A stretch of 64,000 nucleotides of DNA, taken from contig JBCCHT010000026.1 in assembly GCA_039028615.1 (NCBI GenBank), positions 128,001-192,000 of the forward strand, written 5' to 3'. Position 1 is the first letter of the stretch; each line of letters begins with the position of its first letter. The notes beneath the pieces are model-generated. The model did not search any database, was not told the origin of the DNA, and saw only the letters and a list, made by a program, of their open reading frames with translations. This document shows, in pieces, positions 36,561 through 46,861 of the stretch. This DNA comes from Myxococcota bacterium. Its GTDB lineage: Bacteria; Myxococcota_A; Polyangia; Nannocystales; Nannocystaceae. Made by a program: the position numbers and the translations under genes.

Positions 36561-38248
36561 TCACCTCCTTCGATGGCGGTGCGGTAGCGGAACGAGTCGA
36601 GCTGGGTCATGGCGACGATGAGCTCGCGGATGTCGTAGCCGGACTCGGCGAACTGGGCGGTGAGTGTTTGGATGTTGCACTCGTCGAGGCCCTCGCTCTC
36701 GCCGCGGCCGTGGGCGAAGCGCCACCACTGCGAGGCGGTACAGGCGGCCACCTCCTCGCTGCTGGCCATCAGCGCGCCCAGCTCGGTGACTCCGTCGAAG
36801 TCGGCGTCGACGTCGGTCTGCGCGAGCAGCCCGGTCGAGTCGATGGGCAGCCCGTTCTCCTCGGTACGGAAGCGACCGACGCCATCGTAGCTTTCGAAGC
36901 CGAAGCCGATGGGGTCGAACAGATCGTGGCAGCCACGGCACGCGGGATCGTTGGCGTGCTGCTCGTAGCGCTCGCGCGTGGTGGCGTCGTCGTCGATGTC
37001 GGGCAGGGTGGTGTCGACGTCGGGCGGGGGCGGAGGCGGGTGCTGGCAGAAGAACTGCCCCCGCACGTAGAGCCCGCGCGCGATGGGGTTGGTGCCGGCC
37101 GAGCCGGAGTAGCCCGACAGGACGCCGCCCATCGACAGCACACCCGAGACCTGACCGTGGCTCGGGGTGACCTGCTGCATCGAGTCGCCGCCCGGGGCAT
37201 CCCAGCCGTAGAACGAGGCGAGGGTGGGATCGGCGAAGCTATAGTCGGCGGTGAGCAGCTCCGACAGCGTGCCGTCGCTCTCGAAGACCACGTGGTCGAC
37301 GAAGGCGCGGGCCTGCTCTTGTTGGAGGGCGTTGATCGTGGCGTTCCACTCGGGAAACGCGGTGGGGTCCTTGTCGATGACGTCGAGCCGTTGGATGCCC
37401 AGCCACTGGTCGTGGAAGTGCTGCACCATCTCGCGGGCCTTGGGATCGTCGAGCATTCGACGGGCCTGCGCCGCGATCTCTTCGGTGGTGCCGAGCGCGT
37501 CGGCATCGGCGGCGGCGAAGAGCTCGTCGTCGGGCATCGAGCCCCACAAGAAGTAGGACAGCCGCGAGGCCATCTCGTCGCTGGACAGCAGGACGTAGCT
37601 CTCTGGCTCGTCCGTCGGGGTGCCGATCTCGATGCGGTAAAGGAAGTTGGGTGACTGCAAGAACGCCTGGATGAGGCTCTCGATGGCCGGGCGCTGCGCG
37701 TTGTCCTGACGGATCCCGTCGTAGAGCGCCTCGAGACCGTCTTGCTCCGCATTGGTCAGCGGGCGTCGCCACGCTCTGCGGCCAAAGTCGCCGATGAACT
37801 CGTGGATGCAGGTGTTCTCGTCGCTGGTGCAGGGAATGAGCGTCTCGACGTCATCGACCGCTCGCTCCGAGATCGCCTCGGCGGCCAGCATGTACTTGTT
37901 GGCGTTGATGAAGGTGACCGGTGACCCGCCTCCGATGGTGTCGAAGCCACCCACGCCCTCTTGGGGGAAACCATGGGTGACCGATGGGCGCGAGTCGTCG
38001 CCCAGCAGGTCGCGGATGGTGTTGTCGTACTCCCACGACGACAGACGGCGCAGCGGCGTGGTGCCCAGCTGCGGCCCATCGGCGTCGCAGTTGATCTGTT
38101 CACCCCCGCTGTCGCTGCCTCCGCTCTCGCTGCTACCCCCGTCGGCCGTGCCTCCGCTGCCATCCGCCTCGGTGCCTCGATCTTTGCACCCGACGATGGC
38201 GAAGACGGAGGCCACCAGGCCCATCCGCACTACGCTCGTCACCCTCAC
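36557..38248 (-). CDS. DUF1592/DUF1588/DUF1595 family lipoprotein with CxxCH
   Basis: LRRLSSWEYDNTIRDLLG, SPNFLYRIE, ASRLSYFLWGSMPD, CRGCH; overlaps the DUF1552 start. Confidence 0.9.
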   Translation of the reverse strand: MRVTSVVRMGLVASVFAIVGCKDRGTEADGSGGTADGGSSESGGSDSGGEQINCDADGPQLGTTPLRRLSSWEYDNTIRDLLGDDSRPSVTHGFPQEGVGGFDTIGGGSPVTFINANKYMLAAEAISERAVDDVETLIPCTSDENTCIHEFIGDFGRRAWRRPLTNAEQDGLEALYDGIRQDNAQRPAIESLIQAFLQSPNFLYRIEIGTPTDEPESYVLLSSDEMASRLSYFLWGSMPDDELFAAADADALGTTEEIAAQARRMLDDPKAREMVQHFHDQWLGIQRLDVIDKDPTAFPEWNATINALQQEQARAFVDHVVFESDGTLSELLTADYSFADPTLASFYGWDAPGGDSMQQVTPSHGQVSGVLSMGGVLSGYSGSAGTNPIARGLYVRGQFFCQHPPPPPPDVDTTLPDIDDDATTRERYEQHANDPACRGCHDLFDPIGFGFESYDGVGRFRTEENGLPIDSTGLLAQTDVDADFDGVTELGALMASSEEVAACTASQWWRFAHGRGESEGLDECNIQTLTAQFAESGYDIRELIVAMTQLDSFRYRTAIEGGE

Positions 38249-38455
38249 GCGATCGGATTAGCACGCGCGTTCGCTCGTAATCGGTGACCTTCCGCAACGA
38301 ACGACGAGGCCGAAACGGTGAGACAAAAACGAAGCGAACGAGCTTCGAGCACTCGTTCGAGGTGCCGCGTTTTGCCCCACGCGTAGAGCCATGGCGAACG
38401 GCATTCCGACACGGAACAACGGATCGTCGTTGCTCGTGGCTAAGGGCAACCCCGA

Positions 38456-39376
38456 TCAGTTCGCCACGCACAGGCCCGGCTCGGCGCCGACGCAGGTCTT
38501 GTCGGGCACACCCTCCGGCCAGAACGGATCGCACGTGGAGCCGGGGAGCAAGGCGGGGCAGGGGTCGGGGCCGTCGACGGGGCACAGCGCGGTACAGCAG
38601 CCCGACGAGCCCTCACAGCCCGGCACCAGCTCGCCGTTGATGCACGCGAGGCCGGCCGGGCACGCGTTGATGAACTCGCAGGGCGCACCCACCATGGTCT
38701 CGGGGCGGGAGCCATCGGGGACGCAGGTGAAGCTGTCGCTGAAGGTGGGGTAGCAGGCCTGGTCCTGGGGGCAGTCTTGCACCAAGGGATCACAGCCCGC
38801 GGTGCAGATGTTGAGCACGCCGTCGCCGGTGATCTGACACGTGTCGCAGGGATCGGGGCAGCCCGGGTTCTTGAAGTCGCCGGTGCAGAACTCGATGCAC
38901 GAGCCCATGTTGGTCTCTTGGTCGACGTTCCAGCACATCGAGGTGCCGTCGCAGTCGTCGATGCCCGAAAGTCCTCCGCCCTTCGCCGTGCACGGCTCGC
39001 CCGGTCCGGCCGGATCGCGAGCGATCGGTACGCACATGGTGTCGTTCCATGCGCTCCCCCCGTCGCTCGAGTAAGGCATGCACTTGTAGCCGGGCGGGCA
39101 GTTCTGCTCGATGGTGTTGCAGCTGTCGGGGAAGTCGGGGATGACGGTGCCCGTCTCGCTTGGTCCGGTGGGCGTCGACGTCTCCGCGGTGCCGTCGGGA
39201 TCGATACCGGTCGTGGTGTCGGTGGTCGGCTCGGGTGCGGTCGACCCCGTCGAGCCGTCGGCCTGGGTCTCGGCGGCGGAATCGGAACCCCCCGACTCCG
39301 TCCCCGCGGCGGGGCCACAGGCGAGAGGAAGCAGCACCAACGAAAGCAAACGGGCGTGGCTCCAACGGCAGTCCAT
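38456..39376 (-). CDS. Cys-rich secreted lipoprotein (myxobacterial family)
   Basis: Lipobox LAC, S/T linker, QNCPPGYKCMPY, CDPLVQDCP, GCCTALC. Confidence 0.8.
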   Translation of the reverse strand: MDCRWSHARLLSLVLLPLACGPAAGTESGGSDSAAETQADGSTGSTAPEPTTDTTTGIDPDGTAETSTPTGPSETGTVIPDFPDSCNTIEQNCPPGYKCMPYSSDGGSAWNDTMCVPIARDPAGPGEPCTAKGGGLSGIDDCDGTSMCWNVDQETNMGSCIEFCTGDFKNPGCPDPCDTCQITGDGVLNICTAGCDPLVQDCPQDQACYPTFSDSFTCVPDGSRPETMVGAPCEFINACPAGLACINGELVPGCEGSSGCCTALCPVDGPDPCPALLPGSTCDPFWPEGVPDKTCVGAEPGLCVAN

Positions 39377-39430
39377 GCCCAATTATTACCAATTTGACAG
39401 GGGCCGTGTCTTCGCTCTTTGGTTGCGCCC

Positions 39431-40435
39431 ATGAAGCTTACGACGATCGGTGCGTTGCTCTTGGTGTCGACTCCGCTCGCCTGTGGAGACGACGGCTCCA
39501 CCCCCGCGGGGTCGACGGGGTCGACGGGCGCGGTGATGGGCAGCAGCAGCTCGGAGGGAGGCGACACCGTGGGCACCAGCGAGGGCGGGGGCACCGAGGC
39601 CGCGAGCAGCTCGGGGGCGGCCGACTCGACCGGGGTCGACGGCGACGAGCAGCCCGAGGACGTCTTGTGGGCCGATCGTGTGCTGAACATCGCCCATCGT
39701 GGAGGACGCGCGGAGCGGCCCGAGCACACGCTGGTGGCCTATGACCACGCGCGCGAGGCCGGGGCCGACGTGCTCGAGCTCGACGTGCACGCCACGGCCG
39801 ACGGGGTTCTGGTGGTGATGCACGACGACACCGTCGATCGCACCACCGATGGCGAGGGGCTGATCCAGGAGCTGACCCTCGAGGAGATCAAGGCGCTGGA
39901 TGCCGGGTACGACTTCTCCGAGGACGGCGGCGCGACGTTCCCGTACCGGGGCATGGGGCTCGAGGTGCCGACCCTCGAGGAGGTCTTCGAGGCGCACCCC
40001 GATGCGGCCTACGTCATCGAGATCAAACAAGCTGCGCCGTCCATCGTGGGGCCCTTCCTGGCGCTGTGCAACGACGCGCAGGTCCACGACCAGATGGTCG
40101 CCAGCGCGTTCGCGGCGTCGACCCTCGAGGAGATCCGCGAGCAGGATCCCGAGATGCCCACGAACTTCGGGGTGACCGAGGTGCTCGCCTTCCTGGCCGT
40201 GACCGACGAGACCGCCGACGAGTATGTGCCCCCGGGGCAGTTCCTCCAGGTGCCGCCCGAGCAGTCCGGCATCCCCATCCTGACGCCCGCGTTCATCGAG
40301 CGCGCCGAGCAGTTCGAGCTGAAGGTGCACGCCTGGACGATCAACGACGAGGCACAGATGCAGGAACTCATCGAGCTGGGCGTGGACGGGATCATCACCG
40401 ACCACCCGACGGTGCTCGATGGCCTGCTCGAGTAG
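39431..40435 (+). CDS. Glycerophosphodiester phosphodiesterase lipoprotein
   Basis: IAHRGG, PEHT, ELDV, HD, IEIK, WTIN, DGIITDHP. Confidence 0.93.
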   Translation: MKLTTIGALLLVSTPLACGDDGSTPAGSTGSTGAVMGSSSSEGGDTVGTSEGGGTEAASSSGAADSTGVDGDEQPEDVLWADRVLNIAHRGGRAERPEHTLVAYDHAREAGADVLELDVHATADGVLVVMHDDTVDRTTDGEGLIQELTLEEIKALDAGYDFSEDGGATFPYRGMGLEVPTLEEVFEAHPDAAYVIEIKQAAPSIVGPFLALCNDAQVHDQMVASAFAASTLEEIREQDPEMPTNFGVTEVLAFLAVTDETADEYVPPGQFLQVPPEQSGIPILTPAFIERAEQFELKVHAWTINDEAQMQELIELGVDGIITDHPTVLDGLLE

Positions 40436-40443
40436 CGCGCTGC

Positions 40444-43098
40444 TCAGCTCGGCGGGGCGCCGTCACGGAGCGCGATGCGGGCCTTGTCGAGGCTCTTGCG
40501 CACGCCCACCGTGTTCGGGTGGGTGGGGCCGAACGAGGCCTCGCAGGCCTCGGCGGCGCCCGAGAACGCCGCGACCGCGTCCTCGAAGTTGCCTCGCAGG
40601 GCGTGGATGTTGCCCATCTGATTGAGCACGCCGGCCATGAGTTGGTGCTTGGGTCCGTAGGCGGCGTCGGTGATCTGGCGCGCTCGCTCGAGCAGGCGGA
40701 GCGCACGGTCATCCTGCTCCCGGAGGTCGGCGACGATCCCCAGGTTCATCAGAATGCGACCGACGAGCGGGTGCTGCGGGCCGAAGAGCGTCTCGCGGAT
40801 CTCGAGCGAGCGTGTCATCAGACGATCGGCCCGCTCGAGCTCACCCGCCTTCATGGCGAACAAACCGAGGTTGTGCAGCGAGGCCGCGACCTTGTTGTGG
40901 GACGGGCCGAAGACGGCCTCGTTGATCTCGAGGGCGCGCTCGAGGCTGCTGCGGGCCTGCTCGAGCTGCCCCTGCTGGCGCTGGACGTCGCCGATGGAGT
41001 GCAGCAGCTCGGCCACGTGCGGGTGCTGGGGGCCGCGGGTCTGCTCGACCACCGTGAGGGCGTGGTCGAGGTGCTCGAGGGCCTGCTCGTAGTGACCGAG
41101 GTGCGCATGGATGGAGCCGACGCCCATGTCGGCCGAGACTCGTAGCGGGTGATCGGGCTCGTACAGCTCGGTCACGAGCTTCAGGCCACGCTCTTTGTGG
41201 TCGAGGGCCTCCTGGGTCTTGCCCGCGCTGTGCAGCGCCTCGCCGACGCCCATGTGGAACGACGCGAGTAACTCGGGTTCGTCGAGCCGATCCATCAGGC
41301 CACGCGCATGACCGATCCACCGCTCGGCTTCATCGGGCTGCTCGAGGACAATGCCGTACTGCCGCACCAGGACGATCGCGATCTTGCCCGCCCGGCGGTC
41401 GAGCGAATGCCCGAGGGCGTCGAAGTACGCTTGCTCGAGGATCTTCAGGGCGGTGGGGTCGCTGTCGTGGGCGAGGGCCTGGCCTTGGAGCACCGCGACA
41501 TCGACGGACAGCGGGGGAAAGTCGAGGTCCTCGGTTCGGGCCTGGAGCGCGGTGGCCTGCGATGCCGCGTCCTCGTAGCGACCGGCACGGTATAGAGCCT
41601 CGACGCGGGCGAGCGTTTGGCGGGCCTGCTGAACCTGCTGGGCGAGCTGGGGATCGTCGGGCTCTGACTGGTCCGCAGGGAAGACGTCGGACTGGGCACA
41701 GCGGGCGGGGTCGGGGAGTCGGTGCGCGGCATCGATGGCGCGGCCCACCGTGGCTTCGTCGGCCTCGCTCAGCGTACGCACCAGGGCATCCAGCGCCTGT
41801 CGGCGGTCGTCGAGACAGCGGCTGCGGGCGTCGAGCACCCGTGTCTGTGCCTGTTCTCCTCCCGACGCGAGGCAGACGGCTCGATGCTCTTCGACCCATC
41901 GGTCCGCGTACGCATCGAGCCGGGTCTCGAGTCGTTCCCAGGTCTGCGCGGCGTAGACCACCTCGGTGGCGAGCAGGGCCTGCTCGGCCTCGGCCTTGTG
42001 GCGCTGGCCCCAGACCTCGGCCAGGGCGTCGGTGCCGTCGCAGGCGGGCGGGTGCTCGCGGCTCATCATGCCCGTAGCCACCAGCGCCACTCCGACACCC
42101 AGCGCAGCCAGGCTCTCCACGGCTCGACGGGGCGGCTTGGAGCGCCGGGGCGTCAGCGCGGCGAGCAGGGCCTCCATGGACGAGAATCGATCTTGGGCCT
42201 TGGCGGCCAGGCCCTTTTCGAGGGCAGTATGGATCTCGACCGGGACGCCTTCGAGCTGATCGGCGGCCCGGGGCGGCCCCTGCGTCTTGAGCTTGAACAA
42301 ATAGGCGTGGGTGCCCTCTTCCGAGTAGGGACGATGACCGCAAAGGCCTTCCCACAGCGCCGTGCAGAACGCGTATTGGTCGGCGGCGAGACCGACCGAC
42401 TTTCCGATGTACTGCTCGGGCGCCATGTAGGCCGGCGTGCCCATCACCATGCCGGGCTCGGTGACCTCGCCGATCGCCCGCGGGCTCTCGCCTTCCACGG
42501 GCCCGGAGGTGAGGTCGAACATCGACTCGTCGCCGCAGGGGCGCGCGAGGCCGAAGTCCATCACCCGCACGCGACCGTCGTACCCCACCAGTACGTTGCG
42601 GAGGTTGAAGTCCCGGTGGACGAGCCCGACTTCATGGGCGGCCTGGAGCCCTCGACCCGCCCGCATGAACATGTCGAGGACCTCCGGCCACTTGCGAGGC
42701 TTCGCGCGAAGCCACTGGCGTAGCGTCATGCCCTCGACCAGTTCCATCGCGATGAACAGCTGGCCCTCCTGCTCGGCCACGTCGTAGATGGGCAGCACGT
42801 TGGGGTGTGACAGCTGGGCCATCGCCTGCGCCTCGCGTCGCATGCGGTGGTGCGAGCGGGCGCTGGAGCGGTGGACGAGCTTGATGGCGACGTCCCGCTG
42901 AAGCTTCGGATCGTGGGCCCGATGGACGTGCCCCATGCCTCCGGCGCCGAGGACCTCACCTAGGCGATAGCGGCCGAGCTGGTCGCCCTCGCCGGCCGTC
43001 GAGGGGGCGGGGCCCTCGTAGTCGAGGGTCGTCTCGTTGGCGCCCGGCCATTGTTCGTCCTCCTCCGAAACCCCCACCTCCTTCATCGTATCCCTCAT
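40444..43098 (-). CDS. Protein kinase with TM and TPR repeats; atypical catalytic loop
   Basis: LGAGGMG, VAIK, HRDFNLRN, DFGLA, YMAPEQ; C-terminal GPxHP TPR repeats. Confidence 0.92.
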   Translation of the reverse strand: MRDTMKEVGVSEEDEQWPGANETTLDYEGPAPSTAGEGDQLGRYRLGEVLGAGGMGHVHRAHDPKLQRDVAIKLVHRSSARSHHRMRREAQAMAQLSHPNVLPIYDVAEQEGQLFIAMELVEGMTLRQWLRAKPRKWPEVLDMFMRAGRGLQAAHEVGLVHRDFNLRNVLVGYDGRVRVMDFGLARPCGDESMFDLTSGPVEGESPRAIGEVTEPGMVMGTPAYMAPEQYIGKSVGLAADQYAFCTALWEGLCGHRPYSEEGTHAYLFKLKTQGPPRAADQLEGVPVEIHTALEKGLAAKAQDRFSSMEALLAALTPRRSKPPRRAVESLAALGVGVALVATGMMSREHPPACDGTDALAEVWGQRHKAEAEQALLATEVVYAAQTWERLETRLDAYADRWVEEHRAVCLASGGEQAQTRVLDARSRCLDDRRQALDALVRTLSEADEATVGRAIDAAHRLPDPARCAQSDVFPADQSEPDDPQLAQQVQQARQTLARVEALYRAGRYEDAASQATALQARTEDLDFPPLSVDVAVLQGQALAHDSDPTALKILEQAYFDALGHSLDRRAGKIAIVLVRQYGIVLEQPDEAERWIGHARGLMDRLDEPELLASFHMGVGEALHSAGKTQEALDHKERGLKLVTELYEPDHPLRVSADMGVGSIHAHLGHYEQALEHLDHALTVVEQTRGPQHPHVAELLHSIGDVQRQQGQLEQARSSLERALEINEAVFGPSHNKVAASLHNLGLFAMKAGELERADRLMTRSLEIRETLFGPQHPLVGRILMNLGIVADLREQDDRALRLLERARQITDAAYGPKHQLMAGVLNQMGNIHALRGNFEDAVAAFSGAAEACEASFGPTHPNTVGVRKSLDKARIALRDGAPPS

Positions 43099-43328
43099 TC
43101 ATGGGCAATTGCCCGTTGAACCTTCGTGGGTCGTGACGATCGATTCCGGTCGAAGTCATCGTGGCATTGGGAGCTACGGACCTTGCAGCGGGGGCGCTGG
43201 GCCCTATGCAGGGGGCGCCCACGGGCAGTGGGTCAATTTGTTCAATGATCCCGAGGTCCCCAATTCGATCATGCATTGCTCTTCATATCGGGCGGTCGCG
43301 GCGAGTTTGCAGTACCGTCCGTTTCGCG

Positions 43329-44477
43329 ATGAGCGACGCCAACGACCTCAAGCCGCTGCGGGCGAAACTCGACGAACTCGATCGACAGTTGATCGAAGTG
43401 GCCGCGAAGCGCGGAGAGCTGATCGAACGCATTGCGCGGGCCAAGCGAGCCGGCGGGGCGAGCGGCAGGCTCTTCGATCGGGGACGCGAGCGCGACGTCT
43501 ATGCGCGGGCGCGGGCGAACGCAGAGCAGCTGGGGGTCTCGGGGCTGTTGGCCGAGGAGCTGATGGGCGTGCTGGTCGAGCACTCGCAGCGCGTGCAGGA
43601 AAGCTTGGTCAAGGGGGATGCCGATCCTCCGGCCCGGGCCTTGCGGGTGTTGGTGGTCGGCGGCGCGGGGCGTATGGGTCGACGCTTCGTGCAGGCGCTG
43701 TCCGGGCGGGGGCACGACGTCGACATCCTCGATCCGGCGGCCGAAGGCGGCACCCCCGAGTATTCCGAGCTGGTGCCGGGTGCCGACATCGTGATGCTCG
43801 CGGTGCCCATGGCCCACGCGGTGCAGGTCGCTCGCGCGGTCGGGCCCCTGGTGCGCGCGGACGCGCTGCTGTGCGACATCAACAGCCTCAAGGAGGACAT
43901 CTGCGCCGAGATGCTGGAGTCCTGCGCAGGCTCGTGCGTGGGGCTACACCCGATGTTCGGCCCCTCCGTGCACTCGCTGCGGCGTCAGAAGGTCGTGTAC
44001 TGCCCGCTGCGTCCGGGAGAGCACGGGCCGTGGCTGCGCTCGGAGCTGGAGCGGATCGGGCTCGAGGTCATCGAGAGCACGCCGCAGGAGCACGACCGAA
44101 TGATGGCCGTGGTGCAGGTGCTGGTGCACTTTTCGACGCTGGTCATGGGGCACTCGCTGCGGCGCTTCGGCATCGGCGTCGCGCGGAGCCTGGCGTTCAC
44201 CAGCCCGATCTACCGACTCGAGCTGGCGTTCGTGGGGCGACTGTTCGCGCAGGACCCCAAGCTCTACGCGGAGATCGAGATGCAGAACCCGCACGGGGCG
44301 GCGGCACGCAAGGCGTTCTTGGAGTCGGCGCAGGCCCTCGACGCGACCATCGGCGCCAACGACCGCGACGGGTTCGCGGCGGCGTTCTCCCAGACGCGCG
44401 ACTACTTTCAGGACTTCGCGGGCGAGGCGATGTCGCTGTCCGATCGGATCATCGACACGCTCGTGCGTCAGCCCTGA
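43329..44477 (+). CDS. tyrA: Bifunctional chorismate mutase/prephenate dehydrogenase
   Basis: LRAKLDELD CM domain, VGGAGRMG, HPMFGP, HDRMMAVVQVLVHF, SPIYRLEL, RLFAQDPKLY. Confidence 0.93.
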   Translation: MSDANDLKPLRAKLDELDRQLIEVAAKRGELIERIARAKRAGGASGRLFDRGRERDVYARARANAEQLGVSGLLAEELMGVLVEHSQRVQESLVKGDADPPARALRVLVVGGAGRMGRRFVQALSGRGHDVDILDPAAEGGTPEYSELVPGADIVMLAVPMAHAVQVARAVGPLVRADALLCDINSLKEDICAEMLESCAGSCVGLHPMFGPSVHSLRRQKVVYCPLRPGEHGPWLRSELERIGLEVIESTPQEHDRMMAVVQVLVHFSTLVMGHSLRRFGIGVARSLAFTSPIYRLELAFVGRLFAQDPKLYAEIEMQNPHGAAARKAFLESAQALDATIGANDRDGFAAAFSQTRDYFQDFAGEAMSLSDRIIDTLVRQP

Positions 44478-44495
44478 GGGACGTACCCACGTGAA

Positions 44496-44531
44496 GAGGC
44501 CGCGGAGGGGACGAATCCCACCCGCGGCCTC
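44496..44531. terminator. Hairpin between convergent tyrA and FG-GAP genes
   Basis: GAGGCCGCGG...CCGCGGCCTC with inner GGGA-CGAA-TCCC. Confidence 0.55.
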
Positions 44532-44551
44532 GATGGCTGCCTCGCGTACGC

Positions 44552-46636
44552 TCAGTTGGCGAAGCCGTAGCCTCGGCACGAACCGAGCGTGAAGTCGGCG
44601 TCGTTGGGCCCGTAGTACCAGCTGGAGGTCTGGGTCGCGGCGTCCCAGTCCTCGATGCCGGTGAAGCCGGAGTTCGGCAGGTACGCGGAGGCGGCCGGCT
44701 CGTCGCCCGTGGTCGCCAGAGGCCACGACAGGACATTGTGCCCGGCGACCGCGGCCAGCGGGGTCTCGTCGGTGGGCACGCGACCGACCATCGAGCGATA
44801 GGGGTCCACGCCCGGCCAGAAGTTCACGATCACCACGCCTCCGAAGGGCACCTCGAAGTCACCCCACACGTCGGTGGCCCAGTAGGTCTCGAAGCTCTGG
44901 CTCGCCGAGTCCCACATGTGCACGCCGCGGACGTCCTCGTCGTAGAAGTCGATCCAGTCGGAGGCGAAGGTCGGGGTGTCGGCCAAGCACGCCCCCCACA
45001 GGTTGTAGCCGGGGTGAGCATCGTGGGTGACCTTGGCCATCACGTCGGAGACGGGGTCGTCGCCGTCGGTCAGGACCCGGTAGTAGTAGGTCGGGGTGTC
45101 GATCTGTCGCGGTGCACCCAGCAGGTCGATCGAGCTGAGGTCTGCGCCCGACGACACCAGGGTCGCGGTGGGGCCGGCCGCCGTCGAGCACGGGCCGGAC
45201 ACCGCGGGGAGATCGTCGATGTTGGTCGCTCGCCAGACCTCGTAGTTGCCGCTGCTGGTGGACGAGGCCGACCAGTTCAGCACCACGTCTTCGCCGTCGA
45301 TGTCGATGTCGACGTCGAAGCCGTTGTGGTCGGTGAGCCCGGGGGCCCACTGCGTGTCGTCGGCTCCGGGGCAGACATCCTCGTCGTCGGGCACGCCGTC
45401 ACCATCGGCATCGGGGGGACCCGAGGGCCCGGCGTCGAGGAATGCCACGCCGTGGTAGCGACCATTGGCGGTGATCGAAGTGCAGCTGAAGGTACGGTCA
45501 CCGTTATTGGTGCACAGGTCGACCGCTTCGTCGGTCCCCGTCGTCGAACGCACGAGATCCTGGAGGCCGTCGCCGTCCGCATCGGAGAGGCTCACTTGGC
45601 CCTCCGAGCTGATGTCGAGGTCGCTGAAGGTCGTGACCCCGTCGAGGTACTGGCAGTCGGGGCTGTTCGTGCCATTGCCCCAGCACACGTACGCGTCGCC
45701 ACGGGAGCCCATCACGAGGTCGTCGAGGCCGTCGCCATCCATGTCGGACACCTTCACGTCGCTCGAGCCCGAGCCCCAGAAGCTGCCTTGGTAGTGGATG
45801 TCGGTCAGGGACGCGGTGGTGCAGCTGAAGGTGCCGTCGCCATCGTTGATGCAGATCTCTCCGGGAGATCCGAACACCGGGTGCGCCTCGACATAGAGGT
45901 CGGGGTACGGGTCGCCGTTGGCGTCGAAGACCGCGGCGTCGCTGTTGAAGCTGCTGAAGCTCGTGCTCGACTCGGTGAAGTTGCGGCAGTCGAAGCCGCC
46001 CACGCCGTCTCCCAGGCACAGCTGGCTGAACCCGGTCTGCCAGGTGCGGTAGTAGCTGAGGTACGCGTCGTCGATGCCGTCACCGTCGAAGTCGGCCCAC
46101 TCGATCGCCTCGTAGTTGGTGCCCACATTGATCCCGATCTCCTCACAGAGCATCGGGAAGGTGCCGCCGTAGCAGACGTGGGGTCCGTCGTCGCCGTGGC
46201 TATAGGTCACGTCCTCGATGCCGTCCTGGTCGTAGTCGTACAGGGTGACGTGATCGATGCGACGAAAATCGGCCGAGCCCTCCAAGAAGGCGCAGGTCCA
46301 CCCTTCGGTGGCAGAGGCATCGGGTTCACACTGGAGCGCCTGCTCGGAGAACGCCACGAAACCGCTCTGTCCGTCTTGATTGGCGTCCATCGCGATGAAG
46401 TTTTGGCCCCGGGTGTCGGACCGCAAAAAGCCGGCCCAGGCCGGCAGGGTCACGACTTCGCAGGCCCAGGCCCCGGTGTCGTCGTTGCAGAATTGAAAGG
46501 AGTCGCGGGCGGGGGATTCGTAGCCCGTCACGATGGACGCAGCGGCGGCCGTCTGCGGGGCGCCAGCGAGGGCGAGGCACAGGGGGCCGAGGGCGAGCGC
46601 GGTAGCAGTGGGGACGAGGTTTTTGCTGATCATCAT
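44552..46636 (-). CDS. Secreted FG-GAP/VCBS repeat protein
   Basis: Signal peptide; repeats DYDQDGIED, DFDGDGIDD, DANGDPYPD, DMDGDGLDD, DADGDGLQD; TSP3-like DADGDGVPDDEDVCP. Confidence 0.8.
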   Translation of the reverse strand: MMISKNLVPTATALALGPLCLALAGAPQTAAAASIVTGYESPARDSFQFCNDDTGAWACEVVTLPAWAGFLRSDTRGQNFIAMDANQDGQSGFVAFSEQALQCEPDASATEGWTCAFLEGSADFRRIDHVTLYDYDQDGIEDVTYSHGDDGPHVCYGGTFPMLCEEIGINVGTNYEAIEWADFDGDGIDDAYLSYYRTWQTGFSQLCLGDGVGGFDCRNFTESSTSFSSFNSDAAVFDANGDPYPDLYVEAHPVFGSPGEICINDGDGTFSCTTASLTDIHYQGSFWGSGSSDVKVSDMDGDGLDDLVMGSRGDAYVCWGNGTNSPDCQYLDGVTTFSDLDISSEGQVSLSDADGDGLQDLVRSTTGTDEAVDLCTNNGDRTFSCTSITANGRYHGVAFLDAGPSGPPDADGDGVPDDEDVCPGADDTQWAPGLTDHNGFDVDIDIDGEDVVLNWSASSTSSGNYEVWRATNIDDLPAVSGPCSTAAGPTATLVSSGADLSSIDLLGAPRQIDTPTYYYRVLTDGDDPVSDVMAKVTHDAHPGYNLWGACLADTPTFASDWIDFYDEDVRGVHMWDSASQSFETYWATDVWGDFEVPFGGVVIVNFWPGVDPYRSMVGRVPTDETPLAAVAGHNVLSWPLATTGDEPAASAYLPNSGFTGIEDWDAATQTSSWYYGPNDADFTLGSCRGYGFAN

Positions 46637-46861
46637 GGCGGACTCCGATTCGTGCGAGTGGGCGAGGAGGTCGCGGAACACCGTCGCGTCGCCGCACGGC
46701 TCCAATCACCGAGGCTCATTGCGAGCCATGGGCCGACTGGCGCCATCCGTCGACATGTGCGTGCTCCATCGGCCGCACACGACGCTCCCGTTCCCCTCTC
46801 GCGGGTTAAGTGCAAGAAGCCCGGTTTCGGATCGAATCGACCCAAAATATTTTCGTGTCAG

